Source: Candidatus Aminicenantes bacterium
Lineage (GTDB): Bacteria > Acidobacteriota > Aminicenantia > Aminicenantales > UBA4085
Assembly (NCBI GenBank): GCA_030691735.1
Contig: JAUYDS010000079.1
Coordinates: 905-64,904, forward strand
Direction: 5' to 3'
Length of the DNA stretch: 64,000 nt
The notes below the pieces were generated by a model. It did no database searches and had not been told where the DNA came from. It saw only the letters and a list, made by a program, of their open reading frames with translations. Position numbers and translations under genes: made by a program. This document shows, piece by piece, positions 1 to 10,955 of the stretch (its first letter is position 1; each line of letters starts with the position of its first letter).

Positions 1-61
1 GATTGGGCCGAAGGTCCGGGCCTCAAGACGGATATGGGGACTCCTCGCAGGCCTGGGGCTG

Positions 62-1039
62 ATGACCCCCTGTCTCTTTTCCGCTCAGGTTTTCAAATAC
101 CAGAAAATCAAGCCTGAAAAGGGACATTTGATCCAGACGGTTCCCTTCGAAAAATGGCTGGAAAGAAATTATTGCGGCCCGGCCTGCTTGGCTATGGTCC
201 TCAACTACTGGGATGAAACGCGATCCTTCAGCCAGCGGAAAATCACGGATGAGATCTATGATTCCGAAAGCCAGGCGACCTATAACTCCGAACTGGTCTT
301 GTATCCGCGAACCAAAGGATTTGAGAGCTACTCTTTCCAGGGGAACCTGCAGATCTTGAAGGATGTGGTTGGGAAAGACATCCCGGTGATCGTTCTGACT
401 AAAACCATAAAACAGATCGCCAAAGGACACTACCGGGTGGTCATCGGGTTTGATGATGACGAGGACCAGATCATTTTCCACGACCCCTATTTCGGAGACC
501 GGCAGGCCATGACGGCCAAGGATTTCATGAAGGTCTGGGAGCTGGGAAAGGGGCGGAACCAGTCCCGGTGGATGATGGCCGTGGTCCCCGGTCAAAGCCC
601 TTTCCCTTTTCCCGCTCTGCAAAACGACCCTCTAACCTCCATCAATCTGGCCACGGCTTATTACCGGAGGTCGGATTTCATGAAATCGAGGGAGGAGTGG
701 GAAAAAGTCAAGGAATCCCTCAGCGAAGATCCCTATCCCCTGTACAGCTTGGCCATGGTCAGCCTTAGAGAAGGCAAGGCCGAGGAGGCTGAGGCTTATG
801 CCCTTAAAGCCCTCAGCTTGGACGCAAAAAGCGCTTACGCCCACGACGTCCTGGGCCTGGCTTACGCCAATCAAGGGAGGCTTGTCCCGGCTTTCCAATC
901 CCTTGGTCAGGCCCTCCGGCTTGCCCCTGGGGAGGAGTTCATTCGGAAACATTATCTTCAAGTCAGGGGTCTCTATATCGAAAGCGCCCGGCTTGAAGAC
1001 ATTCGAAAAAAGGAGAAGTCAAATGAGAAGACAAGTTAA
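62..1039 (+). CDS. Peptidase C39-like (papain-fold Cys/His) domain protein with C-terminal TPR repeats; may extend 5' beyond the window because there is no in-frame stop upstream
   Basis: The catalytic-Cys motif NYCGPACLAMVLNYW and the His region GHYRVVIGFDDDEDQIIFHDP match C39-like peptidases. The C-terminal half has TPR-like AxxLxLxP repeats. Confidence 0.6.
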   Translation: MTPCLFSAQVFKYQKIKPEKGHLIQTVPFEKWLERNYCGPACLAMVLNYWDETRSFSQRKITDEIYDSESQATYNSELVLYPRTKGFESYSFQGNLQILKDVVGKDIPVIVLTKTIKQIAKGHYRVVIGFDDDEDQIIFHDPYFGDRQAMTAKDFMKVWELGKGRNQSRWMMAVVPGQSPFPFPALQNDPLTSINLATAYYRRSDFMKSREEWEKVKESLSEDPYPLYSLAMVSLREGKAEEAEAYALKALSLDAKSAYAHDVLGLAYANQGRLVPAFQSLGQALRLAPGEEFIRKHYLQVRGLYIESARLEDIRKKEKSNEKTS

Positions 1040-1271
1040 GATCGGAAGTGTCCTGTTGATGGTCGTATTGCTCTCTTCCTTTGCCGCGGCCGTTCAGAAA
1101 CCGGCGGTTCAGCAGGCGGGGCAGGCGGGGACGACGCATCAGCTCGTCATCGGCGCGCAAGACGTGATCACGGCTTCCGATGCCGGGGGAGGCTATCTCT
1201 CCACGAGAGATATTCTCATCATCATCCTCATTATTCTGGCGCTTGCCGCCCTGGGCGTCCTCGCCCTTTAG
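1023..1271 (+). CDS. Small membrane protein (N-terminal signal/TM, C-terminal hydrophobic anchor)
   Basis: An ATG at 1023 lies inside the tool ORF 798..1271. The product has a hydrophobic N-terminus VLLMVVLLSSFAAAV and C-terminus IIILIILALAALGVLAL. Confidence 0.35.
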   Translation: MRRQVKIGSVLLMVVLLSSFAAAVQKPAVQQAGQAGTTHQLVIGAQDVITASDAGGGYLSTRDILIIILIILALAALGVLAL

Positions 1272-1346
1272 CTTTTATGCGTCCGACAGGACAAGCCCGG
1301 CCAGTCTCGCCGGGCGTTGCGGAGAGAAAGCCCATGGAGGCGAGAC

Positions 1347-1505
1347 ATGAATTGGGACCAGTTCAAAGGGAACTGGTGTCTCCCATTCAACACGGAAGCC
1401 GCGGCCGTTCAGAGGCGGCAGATGACAGATCGGCCTAAAAACGACGCCGAGCAGGTCAAGAAGGTCACGCAGACCCCGCCAGGCAAAAAGAAAAAGATCA
1501 ATTAG
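1347..1505 (+). CDS. Small CsbD-like stress protein (52 aa), divergent after the N-terminal motif
   Basis: A GGAGG RBS sits 6 nt upstream of the ATG at 1347. The N-terminus MNWDQFKGNW matches the CsbD/YjbJ family start. Confidence 0.25.
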   Translation: MNWDQFKGNWCLPFNTEAAAVQRRQMTDRPKNDAEQVKKVTQTPPGKKKKIN

Positions 1506-1547
1506 GAGTAGGCAGGAAATACTATTGGCAAGGGAGGCCCGAACAAA

Positions 1548-1853
1548 ATGAATAGTTTATTCGTGCAAGAAACAACGAATTTGAAACCTCTGAATGTGAT
1601 CCTTCACAAGATCCTCACATTCATTTATTTTCTTGCCCATCAGATTGGTTTAGAGATCATCAAGGTCGTTCAGTCGATATTCCCACGTATTATTTTCCCA
1701 GACAGTATTATCGATCCCCTTGGATTCTTGATCATATTAACCTTATTCATGTTTCTTGTTAGTGTCGCCAAAAAAATTGCATGGATTATTGTTTGCGCAG
1801 CCTGGATTCTGTTATTCATTAGAATTCTTATGATAATTTTCAAACTCGGATAA
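1548..1853 (+). CDS. Hypothetical small hydrophobic protein encoded in a low-GC (about 35 percent) islet
   Basis: The 101-aa ORF has at least two predicted TM segments. Its AT-rich composition contrasts strongly with the roughly 65 percent GC surroundings. Confidence 0.3.
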   Translation: MNSLFVQETTNLKPLNVILHKILTFIYFLAHQIGLEIIKVVQSIFPRIIFPDSIIDPLGFLIILTLFMFLVSVAKKIAWIIVCAAWILLFIRILMIIFKLG

Positions 1854-2268
1854 GCTATCGCAAAAAACAGAGTCCTCTTCTCCAGGTCCTGGCGATAGAA
1901 AGAGCGATTTCCTCACTTCCCCCAATAATTAAAGTGGCCTTGCCATCGACGGCAGTTGTCAAGGATTCCTTGACGACTGAAATGGAGTTCAATTCTCCCT
2001 CATCAAGGATGTTCCGAATGTGCAAACTGACATTCTGCAAGGTGTCCACGGTGCGGGGGATGTTGAGGTTGAAATCGTTGTCGAAAAGCTCCCGAGAGGA
2101 CCGAGGCCGTCTGCGCTTTTCGAAGTGAGCGTGTCCGCTGGCCCGGCTCGGACGTGGAGGCCTGCAGAGAACATGATGGAAAAGCACCCGACGGCGGAGG
2201 CGGTTGTTATATTTTAATGCCTATAATAATATATTACTTTTACCCGCCGATAGAGGAGCACACATGGG

Positions 2269-5200
2269 TTGGGATCTCGAGGACTATTACGCGTCGCGGT
2301 GGCGCAAGCCTTGAAAGCGCTTTTCCGCTTGTTCGGCAGCCGCGCTCCGCATCCGGCTGAGAAGCCCCTGCGCGACGAACTGCTGAGCATCGAAAGACTG
2401 GAAGAGAGGGCGAGAGCGCTCGCGGCCGGGTTCACGCTCGACCCGAATCCCCGCCGCGCGGCGCGGAACGTCCTGCCGCGCTTCGAGGACAACGCCCGCG
2501 TCCTTCGCGAGGCATACATCACCATGGCCGACGATGTGCACCGGGGGGAGTTCGTCACCCCCGCGGCGGAATGGCTCCTCGACAACTTCCATCTCGTGGC
2601 GTCCGAGGTCCTCGCCGTGCGCCGGAACCTCCCGCCGGGCTACTATCGCGGGTTGCCCAAACTCGCTTTGCGGGAGCTCGCGGGCCACGCGCGCGTCTAT
2701 GCCCTGGCCGAAGAGATCATCCGCCACAGCGACAGCCGCTTGGACCGCCAGCAGCTGGTGCGCTTCATGAACAGCTTCCAGGCCGTGGCTCCGCTCACGA
2801 TCGGCGAGCTGTGGGCCTGGCCGAGCATGCTGAAGCTGGCCCTCATCGAGAACCTGAGGCGGCTCGCGGAGGAGACGCTCGAGGCCCGCGCGGCCGTCCT
2901 GGCGGCCGACGCCTACGTGGCGCGGGTCGACGACGCCGGGCAGGGGAAGCCGCCGCCGCTGCCAAAGCACCTCCACACCGGTTACGTCCTTCAGCTCCTC
3001 CAACGCCTGCGCGAGCACGGCCCTCGCCTTTCCGCCGTCCGCGCCGCCGTCGATACGCACCTCTCCGCCCAACACATGGCCTCTGAGGACGCGATTCGGA
3101 GCGAGCATCAGCGCCAAGCCGCGGCCCAGGTCTCGGTGGCCAACGTCATCACCAGCCTCCGTCTCTGCTCCGCGCTCGACTGGAGCCAGTCCTTCGAGGC
3201 CGTCAGCCTGGTCGAGCGCGTGTTGCAGCGCGACCCGGCCGGGGCTTATGGGAGCATGGACTTCCTGAGCCGCGACCGCTACCGCCAGGCCGTGGAGGAG
3301 CTATCCGGGCCCACCGGAGAGGCGCAGTTGGACGTGGCTCTGCGAGCTATTGAGCGCGCTCGCCGGGCCGTGGAGAGCGGACAGGCGGCGGATCGCGCCG
3401 CCCACGTCGGCCACTACCTCATCGGCAAGGGCCGCCCCGACCTCGAGACCGACGTCGCCTTTCGACCCCGCTTCGGCCGGCGGGTGCGGCGTTTCGTCTT
3501 CGCCCATGCGACCGCCGTCTACCTCGGATCGATCGGGCTCCTGACGGCCCTCCTGCTCGGCCTCGGGCTCGCCTACCTCCATGATCAGCGCTCATCGCTC
3601 GGGGTTCGGGCCGCAGCGGCGCTGCTCCTGTTGCTTCCGGCCAGCCAGGTGGCGATCGCCTTCGTGCAGCGCCTGGTTGCTCGTTGGGCACCGCCGCAAC
3701 GCCTCCCCCGCCTCGAATTCCCTGCGGGAATCCCCGACAACGCGCGAACCATGGTGGTCGTGCCCACGCTGCTGACGAGCGTGCCCGCCGTGGCCCGCCT
3801 TATCGAGCACATCGAGGTGCTGGCTCTCGGAAACCTCGATCCGCGCATCCACTTCGCGATCCTCAGCGACTTCGTCGACGCCCCCGCGCGCGAGATGCCC
3901 GAGGACGAGCCGATCCTCTCCGCCGCCCGGGCGGGGATCGATGCCCTGAACGCGCACTTCGGTGAAGGGTATACGGACCGGTTCTTCCTGTTCCATCGCC
4001 TGCGCCAGTGGAACCCGGGAGAGAGCGTCTGGATGGGCTGGGAGCGCAAGCGTGGAAAACTCGAGGAATGGAACCGCCTTCTACGCGGGGCCACGGACAC
4101 GAGCTTCTCCGTGCAGGTCGGCGACGTGGGGATCCTCCCCGGCGTGCGCTACTGCCTCACTCTCGACTCCGACACCCGCCTGCCGCGGGACGCCGCGAAG
4201 AAGCTCGTCGGCATCATCGCCCATCCTTTGAACCGCCCCCGCTTCGACGTCCGCCTCGGCCGCGTCACCGAGGGCTATGGGATCCTGCAGCCCCGGGTCA
4301 GCGTGACCATGGCCAGCGCCGCCGGCTCACTCTTCGCCCGCCTCTACGCCGGCCACACCGGAGTCGATCCCTACACCACCGCTGTTTCGGACACCTATCA
4401 GGACCTGTTCGGCGAGGGGATCTTCACGGGCAAGGGGCTCTACGACGTGGACGCCTTCATGGCCGCCCTCGAGGGGCGCGTGCCCGAGAACGCCCTTCTC
4501 TCGCATGACCTCTTCGAAGGGGTCTACGCCCGCACGGCGCTCGTCACGGACGTGGAGGTGGTGGACGACTATCCCGCGAGCGTCCTCGCCCATGCGCGGC
4601 GCCAGCACCGCTGGGTTCGGGGCGATTGGCAGATCCTCCGCTGGCTGTTCCCTTGGGTTCCAACCCGCTCCGGCCTGAAGCGCAACCGGCTGCCCCTCAT
4701 CTCGCGCTGGAAGATCTTCGACAACCTGAGGCGCAGCCTCGTCCCCCCCTCGACCGTCGCCCTGCTCCTTCTGGCCTGGGCGATCCTGCCGGGAAGCCCG
4801 GCGGTCTGGACGGCCGCCATCCTGGCCGCCATGGCCTTTCCCCTTTATCCGCTGCTCCTGGAGGCCGCCAGAGGTCCCAGGCCGCAACAGCCGTGGCTGG
4901 TGTTCCTCCGCGCCGCTTGGAAAGATGGGAAGACCGTGCTCGCTCAGGTATCGCTGCAGCTCACCTTCCTGGCCAGCCAGGCTTACGAGAGGACCCACGC
5001 GATCGTGCTGACCCTCGTCCGTCTCGCGGCGACCCAGCGCCGCCTGCTGGAGTGGGAGACGGCCGCGGCCAGCGAAACCCGAGGGGCCGGCAAGGCAAGG
5101 CGAGCGAGCGCACGGGTGTTTCTGGTAGAGATGATCGCGAGCCCGCTGGTCGCATCAAGCGGCCTCCTCCTGGTCTTGCTGGCGCGCCCGGGCGCGCTCC

Positions 5201-8200
5201 TCACGGCCATCCCGGTCCTGGCTTTGTGGGCGGCCGCGCCGCTCGTCGCATATGCGCTGAGCCGGCCCGTGGTACCGCGACGTGTCGAGCTGGGGGAAGA
5301 GGACCGCTGGTTCCTCCGTCTCATTGCCCGCAACACCTGGCGATACTTCGAGGCGTTCATGGGCCCCGAAGACCACGGCTTGCCCGCGGACAATTTCCAG
5401 GAGACGCCGGAACCCCGGATCTCCCACCGGACGTCGCCCACGAACATCGGCATGGGGCTGCTCGCCACCCTGGCCGCTCACGATCTCGGCTTCATCCGGA
5501 CGGACGAGCTTGCCTCCAGGATCGACGCCACGCTGACCACGATGGAAGGCCTCGAACACTTCGACGGTCACCTGCTCAACTGGTACGACACGCAGAGCCT
5601 GGCGCCGCTCCTGCCGGCTTACGTGTCCACCGTCGACAGCGGCAACCTCGCGGGCGCGCTCATGACCCTGGCGGAAGGGCTGCGCCAGGCGAGCCGGCAA
5701 CCGCCGCCCACGGCCGAGCCGGCAGTCAAGGGACGAGCCTTCGCGGCGGCAGTCAAGGGACGAGCCTTCGCGGCGGAAGTGGACCCCCGGGCAAAGCCCG
5801 GGGCACTCACCCGCGATGTATATACGCGGCTGAGTACGGCGGAAGCGGATCCCCAGACAAAGCCTGCCCTCATTCGCTTCGCGAATGAGGACTGCAAAGC
5901 CCGGGGCCCGGCCGCCGCCCCGGCCGCCGTCGATCTCTCCCAACGCCTCCTTGACCTGGCGGGCCGCGCCGCCCGGTTCGCGGACGGGATGAGCTTCCGG
6001 TTCCTCTACGACCCGCAGCGCCGGATCCTCTCCATCGGCTATCGTCTCGCCGACGCCGAGGGGCCGGGCCGGCTGGATGCTTCCTACTATGACCTCCTGG
6101 CCTCGGAATCGCGGCTGACGAGTTTCATCGGCATCGCCAAGGGCGACCTCCCCGAAACGCACTGGTTCCACCTGGGACGGCTCATCACCGCCGTGGACGG
6201 GACGCCCACCCTCCTGTCTTGGGGCGCCACCCTGTTCGAGTACTTGATGCCGCTCCTCTTCATGAAGAGCTTTCCGGAAACACTCCTCAACCAGACATGC
6301 CGGATGGCCGTGCGGCGGCAGATCGAGTACGCGACGGATCGCGCCGTGCCCTGGGGGATCTCGGAGTCCGCCTACAACCTCGTGGACCGGCACGACAACT
6401 ATCAGTACAAGGCCTTCGGCATCCCCGGCCTCGGCCTGAAGCGCGGCCTGGGCGACGAGCTGGTGGTCGCACCCTACGCCACCGCGCTCGCCGCCGGGCT
6501 CGAACCAACGAAGGCCGCCCGCAATCTGCGGCGCCTGGCCGGGGAAGGTCTCGAAGGCGCCTACGGCTACTACGAGGCCATCGATTACACGCATGGGAAG
6601 ACCGACGAGCCCGAAAGCGCCGGGAGAAGAGCGGGCCTCCCCCGGGGAACGGTGGTGCGTGCCTTCATGGCCCATCACCAGGGGATGACTCTCGTGTCCC
6701 TTGCCAACGTTCTCCTCGGCGATCCGATGGTGAAACGCTTTCATGCCGACCCGCGCGTGCAGGCCACGGAGCTGCTGTTGCAGGAGCAGGTACCGCGCCT
6801 GGTGCCCATCACCCAGCCGCGACCGGTCGAAGAGACCCGCGTGGCCGGCCCGCTGCCCGCGCTGGCCATTCGCCGCTTCTGGTCGCCGCATACGCTGTTC
6901 CCTCATGCGCAGTTCCTGTCCAACGGCAACTACACCGCCGTCGTGACGAATGCGGGAGGGGGCGCCAGCTTCTGTCGAGGCCGCGCGGTCACAAGGCACC
7001 GGGAGGATCCGACCCGCGACCCGGGGAGCCAGTTCCTCTATCTGCGCGACGTGCGGAGCGGCTCGGTGTGGTCAGCAACTTTCCACCCCACCGCCAAGGA
7101 GCCGGAGGAGTACCTGGTCTCGTTCCTCGCGGAGAAGGCGACCTTTCGCCGCCGGGACGACGACATCGCCGTCCAGCTCGACATCGCCGTCTCGAACCAG
7201 GACGACGTTGAAGTGCGGCGCCTGGCGGTGACCAACCACAGCGATCGTCCCCGCGAGATCGAGATCACGAGCTTTGCCGAGATCGTCCTCGCCCCGCCGG
7301 CCGACGACCTGGCCCACCCGGCCTTCGGCAAGCTGTTCGTCGAGACGGAATACCTTCCCGAGAGCGCCGCCCTCCTCTGCCATCGCCGAGCGCGCGCCCC
7401 GGACGAGCCCGGGGCGTGGGCGATTCACGTCCTGAGCCTCGAAGGACGGAAGCAGGGGCCGGTGGAATGGGAGACCGACCGGGCGCGCTTCCTGGGTCGC
7501 GGCCGCGGTCCCGAGAACCCCCAGGCCCTCGACGGACGCTCCCTGTCCGGCACGACCGGGTTCGTACTCGACCCCGTCGTCAGCCTCCGGCAGCGCATTC
7601 GCCTCGCGCCGGGCGGCTTCATTAAGCTGTCTTTCGCCACGGGTATGGCGTCCTCCCGGGAGACGGCCCTGGCTCTCGCCCGGCGCTACCACGAGCCGAG
7701 CGCCGCGGCGCGAACCTTCGCCCTCGCCTTCGCCCATACGCAGAGCGGCCTCCGCCACCTTGGCATCTCGAGCGAACAAGCCTTGCTCTTCGAACGCCTG
7801 GCCTCGCGGGTGCTGTATACCGACGGATCGCTCCGCGCGAGCCCGGAGCTTCTGGCCCGCAACACCCTCGGCCAGGAAGGCCTCTGGCCGCACGGCATCT
7901 CGGGCGATCTCCCCATCCTCCTGGTGCGGGTCGTCGAGGAGGACGACCTGCCGCTGGTGCGCCAGGTCCTGCAGGCGCAGGAGTACTGGCGGCTCAAGGG
8001 GTTGAACGCCGACGTCGTGATCCTCAACGAGCACCCCGTGAGCTATCTCGACGAGATGCACGCGCTGCTCGTGGCCCTCCTCGACAATGGACCCTGGAGG
8101 ACCTGGAAGCACCGGCCCGGCGGGGCTTACCTGCTCCGTGGGGACCGCATGGCTGAAGCCGAGCGCATCCTCCTCGCGGGCGTGGCGCGCGCCGTCCTGA

Positions 8201-10791
8201 GCGGCGAGCGGGGAGATCTGGCCAACCAACTCGACTGGCTCGATCCCGAGTGGCCGGAGCCGGAGGAATTCGCGCCCTCCGCGGAGTCGAGCTCAGCCGC
8301 CGCGTCGCCGGCGCAGGTGGCCGTGCCTCCGCTCGCCCTGGCCAACGGCATGGGCGGCTTCGCCGACGACGGGCGCGACTACGTGGTCGTCCTTGAAGCG
8401 GCCCAGGAGACGCCCCTGCCTTGGGCCAACGTCATCGCCAACCCCGCGTTCGGGACCGTGATCACGGCCTCAGGGTCGGCCTACACCTGGTCGGAGAACA
8501 GCCGCGAGAACCGCCTCACGCCTTTCGCGAACGACCCCGTGACCGACCCCACGGCCGAGGCGCTCTTCATCCGCGACGATGAGACCGGAGAGACCTGGTC
8601 CCCCACGCCGGGCCCGATGCCCCGCACGGGCGGGGACGGTCGCTTCGTGATTCGGCATTCCGCCGGGCTGACTCGTTTCGCTCGCGTAGCGCACGGCCTG
8701 CGCCAAGACCTCGACGTATTCGTAGACGCGAAGGACCCGGTGAAATTCTCACTGCTCACGCTTACGAACGAAAGCGGAAGGGCGCGTCGCCTGAGCGTGT
8801 TCGCCTACAACGAGTGGGTGCTGGGGCCGCCGCGGGCGGGCCAGAGCACGCACGTGGTGACCGAGCTCGACTCCGCGACCGGAGCGGTCCTGGCCAGGAA
8901 TCCCTACAACCAAGAGTTCGCGGGGCGCGTGGCTTTCGCCCACGCGAGCGAAGGGCTGCGCTCGGCAACGGGAGATCGCTTGTCGTTCCTGGGTCGCAAC
9001 GGTTCCCTGGCGCAACCGGCGGCGCTCCGCCGTGAAGCCCTGTCGGGCCGCTTCGGAGCGGGGCTCGATCCCTGCGCCGCGCTGCACGTCTCCGTCACTC
9101 TGATCCCGGGGGAGACGCGCCTCCTTGTGTTCCTGGTTGGGCAGGGGAAGGATGGGAATGAGGCCCGCGAGCTTCTGGGCCGGCATGGTCGCGTGGACGC
9201 CGCGGAAATCGCCCGGGAGGCCGTGCGCCGGAGCTGGGACGGCATCCTCGACACGGTCCAGGTCCGTACGCCGGACGACTCCTTCGATCTGTTGATGAAC
9301 CGCTGGCTGCTCTATCAGGACGTGAGCTGCCGGCTGTGGGCCCGGTCCGCTTACCACCAGCCGAGCGGCGCCTTCGGGTTCCGCGACCAGCTTCAGGACG
9401 TCATGGCTTTGACGCTGGCCCGGCCGGATCTCATCAGAGAACACCTGTTGCGAGCAGCCGGCCGGCAATTCCTCGAAGGCGACGTCCAGCACTGGTGGCA
9501 CGAGCGGAGCGGCCGGGGCACCCGCACGCGCTGTTCCGACGACCTGTTATGGCTTCCCCACGCGGTAGCGCACTACGTCCGGACGACGGGAGACGCGGGC
9601 GTCCTCGATGAGCCGGCGCCCTTCCTGGAGGCCCCGCCGCTCGCCCCGGAAACGCAGGACGCCTACGTTCAGCCCCGCATCTCGACCGAAAAGAGTCCGA
9701 TCTTCGAGCATTGCCTGCGCGCCATCGACCGTGGACTGACCGCGGGCGCCCACGGCCTTCCCCTTATGGGGAGCGGGGACTGGAACGACGGCATGAACCG
9801 CGTGGGACGGGAAGGGCGCGGGGAGAGCGCCTGGGTGGGCTTCTTCCTCCACGTGGTCCTGAGCGAGTTCGCGCCGCTCTGCGAAGCTCGGGGGGACCAG
9901 GCCCGGGCCGAGCGCTACCGCGGCGAGGCCCGCCGGCTCGGCAGCATGCTGGAGCAGACCTGGGACGGCGAGTGGTACCGGCGCGGCTACTACGACGACG
10001 GCAAGCCTCTAGGCTCGGCCCAGAACGACGAGTGCCGGATCGACGCCACCGTACAGTCCTGGGCGGCGCTCTCGGGCGCGGTTCCCGTGCGCTACGCGGA
10101 ACGCGCCATGGACGCTGTCCGCACCCACCTGGTTCGGCGCGGACCTCAGGTCGTACTGCTGCTCACCCCGCCCTTCGACGAATCCATCCAGGATCCGGGG
10201 TACATCAAGGGCTATCCGCCCGGCGTGCGTGAGAACGGCGGCCAATACACCCACGGGGCTCTCTGGGTCGTCATGGCCATGGCCCGGCTGGGCAGCGGCG
10301 ACGAGGCGGTGGAGCTCTTCCACATGCTCAATCCCGTCAACCATACCAGGACCGCGGCCGGTGTCGGGCGCTACATGGCCGAGCCCTACGTCATCGCCGG
10401 AGACGTCCACGCCGACCCGGCACACGCCGGGCGTGGCGGCTGGACGTGGTACACCGGCTCCGCGGGCTTGATGTACCGCGCGGGCCTCGAGAGCATCCTC
10501 GGGCTCCGGCGCCGGGGCTCGACCTTCGAGATGGACCCCTGCATCCCGTCATCCTGGCTTGACTACGCGATCGTCTGGCGCTTCGGCCGGACGCGCTACG
10601 AGATCGCGGTCTCGAACCCGGAGCGCCGCTGCCGAGGGATCGCGGAGGCGGAACTGGATGGCGCGCCGGTCGACCCCCGCTCCATCCCTCTCGCCGATGA
10701 CGGCGGCACGCACCAAGTCCGGCTGGTGCTGGGAGACCCAAAGCGGCCCGTCCCGCCCGTTGCCGACCCGGGTGCCATCGCTTCTGCTTGA
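2269..10791 (+). CDS. ndvB: Cyclic beta-1,2-glucan synthase (Cgs/NdvB/ChvB family; GT84 domain plus C-terminal GH94 phosphorylase-like domain); the start is a TTG
   Basis: The 2840-aa product has TM clusters around aa 400-470 and 830-1000. A GT-A signature DSDT (nt about 4165) and [10 protein letters not shown] flank the glycosyltransferase domain. The C-terminal region is GH94-like ([27 protein letters not shown]). The size and architecture match Brucella/Rhizobium Cgs. Confidence 0.8.
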   Translation: MGSRGLLRVAVAQALKALFRLFGSRAPHPAEKPLRDELLSIERLEERARALAAGFTLDPNPRRAARNVLPRFEDNARVLREAYITMADDVHRGEFVTPAAEWLLDNFHLVASEVLAVRRNLPPGYYRGLPKLALRELAGHARVYALAEEIIRHSDSRLDRQQLVRFMNSFQAVAPLTIGELWAWPSMLKLALIENLRRLAEETLEARAAVLAADAYVARVDDAGQGKPPPLPKHLHTGYVLQLLQRLREHGPRLSAVRAAVDTHLSAQHMASEDAIRSEHQRQAAAQVSVANVITSLRLCSALDWSQSFEAVSLVERVLQRDPAGAYGSMDFLSRDRYRQAVEELSGPTGEAQLDVALRAIERARRAVESGQAADRAAHVGHYLIGKGRPDLETDVAFRPRFGRRVRRFVFAHATAVYLGSIGLLTALLLGLGLAYLHDQRSSLGVRAAAALLLLLPASQVAIAFVQRLVARWAPPQRLPRLEFPAGIPDNARTMVVVPTLLTSVPAVARLIEHIEVLALGNLDPRIHFAILSDFVDAPAREMPEDEPILSAARAGIDALNAHFGEGYTDRFFLFHRLRQWNPGESVWMGWERKRGKLEEWNRLLRGATDTSFSVQVGDVGILPGVRYCLTLDSDTRLPRDAAKKLVGIIAHPLNRPRFDVRLGRVTEGYGILQPRVSVTMASAAGSLFARLYAGHTGVDPYTTAVSDTYQDLFGEGIFTGKGLYDVDAFMAALEGRVPENALLSHDLFEGVYARTALVTDVEVVDDYPASVLAHARRQHRWVRGDWQILRWLFPWVPTRSGLKRNRLPLISRWKIFDNLRRSLVPPSTVALLLLAWAILPGSPAVWTAAILAAMAFPLYPLLLEAARGPRPQQPWLVFLRAAWKDGKTVLAQVSLQLTFLASQAYERTHAIVLTLVRLAATQRRLLEWETAAASETRGAGKARRASARVFLVEMIASPLVASSGLLLVLLARPGALLTAIPVLALWAAAPLVAYALSRPVVPRRVELGEEDRWFLRLIARNTWRYFEAFMGPEDHGLPADNFQETPEPRISHRTSPTNIGMGLLATLAAHDLGFIRTDELASRIDATLTTMEGLEHFDGHLLNWYDTQSLAPLLPAYVSTVDSGNLAGALMTLAEGLRQASRQPPPTAEPAVKGRAFAAAVKGRAFAAEVDPRAKPGALTRDVYTRLSTAEADPQTKPALIRFANEDCKARGPAAAPAAVDLSQRLLDLAGRAARFADGMSFRFLYDPQRRILSIGYRLADAEGPGRLDASYYDLLASESRLTSFIGIAKGDLPETHWFHLGRLITAVDGTPTLLSWGATLFEYLMPLLFMKSFPETLLNQTCRMAVRRQIEYATDRAVPWGISESAYNLVDRHDNYQYKAFGIPGLGLKRGLGDELVVAPYATALAAGLEPTKAARNLRRLAGEGLEGAYGYYEAIDYTHGKTDEPESAGRRAGLPRGTVVRAFMAHHQGMTLVSLANVLLGDPMVKRFHADPRVQATELLLQEQVPRLVPITQPRPVEETRVAGPLPALAIRRFWSPHTLFPHAQFLSNGNYTAVVTNAGGGASFCRGRAVTRHREDPTRDPGSQFLYLRDVRSGSVWSATFHPTAKEPEEYLVSFLAEKATFRRRDDDIAVQLDIAVSNQDDVEVRRLAVTNHSDRPREIEITSFAEIVLAPPADDLAHPAFGKLFVETEYLPESAALLCHRRARAPDEPGAWAIHVLSLEGRKQGPVEWETDRARFLGRGRGPENPQALDGRSLSGTTGFVLDPVVSLRQRIRLAPGGFIKLSFATGMASSRETALALARRYHEPSAAARTFALAFAHTQSGLRHLGISSEQALLFERLASRVLYTDGSLRASPELLARNTLGQEGLWPHGISGDLPILLVRVVEEDDLPLVRQVLQAQEYWRLKGLNADVVILNEHPVSYLDEMHALLVALLDNGPWRTWKHRPGGAYLLRGDRMAEAERILLAGVARAVLSGERGDLANQLDWLDPEWPEPEEFAPSAESSSAAASPAQVAVPPLALANGMGGFADDGRDYVVVLEAAQETPLPWANVIANPAFGTVITASGSAYTWSENSRENRLTPFANDPVTDPTAEALFIRDDETGETWSPTPGPMPRTGGDGRFVIRHSAGLTRFARVAHGLRQDLDVFVDAKDPVKFSLLTLTNESGRARRLSVFAYNEWVLGPPRAGQSTHVVTELDSATGAVLARNPYNQEFAGRVAFAHASEGLRSATGDRLSFLGRNGSLAQPAALRREALSGRFGAGLDPCAALHVSVTLIPGETRLLVFLVGQGKDGNEARELLGRHGRVDAAEIAREAVRRSWDGILDTVQVRTPDDSFDLLMNRWLLYQDVSCRLWARSAYHQPSGAFGFRDQLQDVMALTLARPDLIREHLLRAAGRQFLEGDVQHWWHERSGRGTRTRCSDDLLWLPHAVAHYVRTTGDAGVLDEPAPFLEAPPLAPETQDAYVQPRISTEKSPIFEHCLRAIDRGLTAGAHGLPLMGSGDWNDGMNRVGREGRGESAWVGFFLHVVLSEFAPLCEARGDQARAERYRGEARRLGSMLEQTWDGEWYRRGYYDDGKPLGSAQNDECRIDATVQSWAALSGAVPVRYAERAMDAVRTHLVRRGPQVVLLLTPPFDESIQDPGYIKGYPPGVRENGGQYTHGALWVVMAMARLGSGDEAVELFHMLNPVNHTRTAAGVGRYMAEPYVIAGDVHADPAHAGRGGWTWYTGSAGLMYRAGLESILGLRRRGSTFEMDPCIPSSWLDYAIVWRFGRTRYEIAVSNPERRCRGIAEAELDGAPVDPRSIPLADDGGTHQVRLVLGDPKRPVPPVADPGAIASA
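5723..5930 (+). repeat. Composite, nested copy of the GC-rich palindromic mini-element, inserted in-frame in cgs (copy A)
   Basis: It contains a 27-bp tandem duplication of CAGTCAAGGGACGAGCCTTCGCGGCGG, the core hairpin GACCCCCGGGCAAAGCCCGGGG, a second hairpin module and a repeated GCCCGGGGCCCGGCCGCC tail. It is translated as [28 protein letters not shown]. Confidence 0.8.
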
Positions 10792-10955
10792 GTCTCAAAC
10801 GCGCCTGGGCCGCGGGCTCGGCTCACCCAGCATAGCCAGCAGGTTGATCTCTTCGCTTTAGCCCATGGCGGAGTTGAGGATCCAGTTCTGCGAACAGCCC
10901 GTCGTCGCCTCCGACCGGACCGCCGCCTTGACTTTCAACGAGCGTCTTTGACAAA

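Noticed and set aside
1855-2187. 110-aa minus-strand ORF upstream of cgs with the segment ILDEGELNSISVVKESLTTAVDGKATLIIGG
   Set aside because: It has no recognisable domain, an Arg/Pro-rich spurious-looking N-terminus, and overlaps other equally weak ORFs. It is left uncalled (possibly a gene remnant).
5155-6999. Long minus-strand ORF (614 aa) and similar antisense ORFs such as 47354..50371 (1005 aa), 36769..38607, 13837..15000, 7072..8229 and 54440..56092
   Set aside because: All lie antisense to well-supported genes (cgs, Mo-hydroxylase, thiolase/hbd, lon, bcr genes). They have Arg/Gly/Pro-rich low-complexity translations typical of open antisense frames in high-GC DNA and no recognisable domains.
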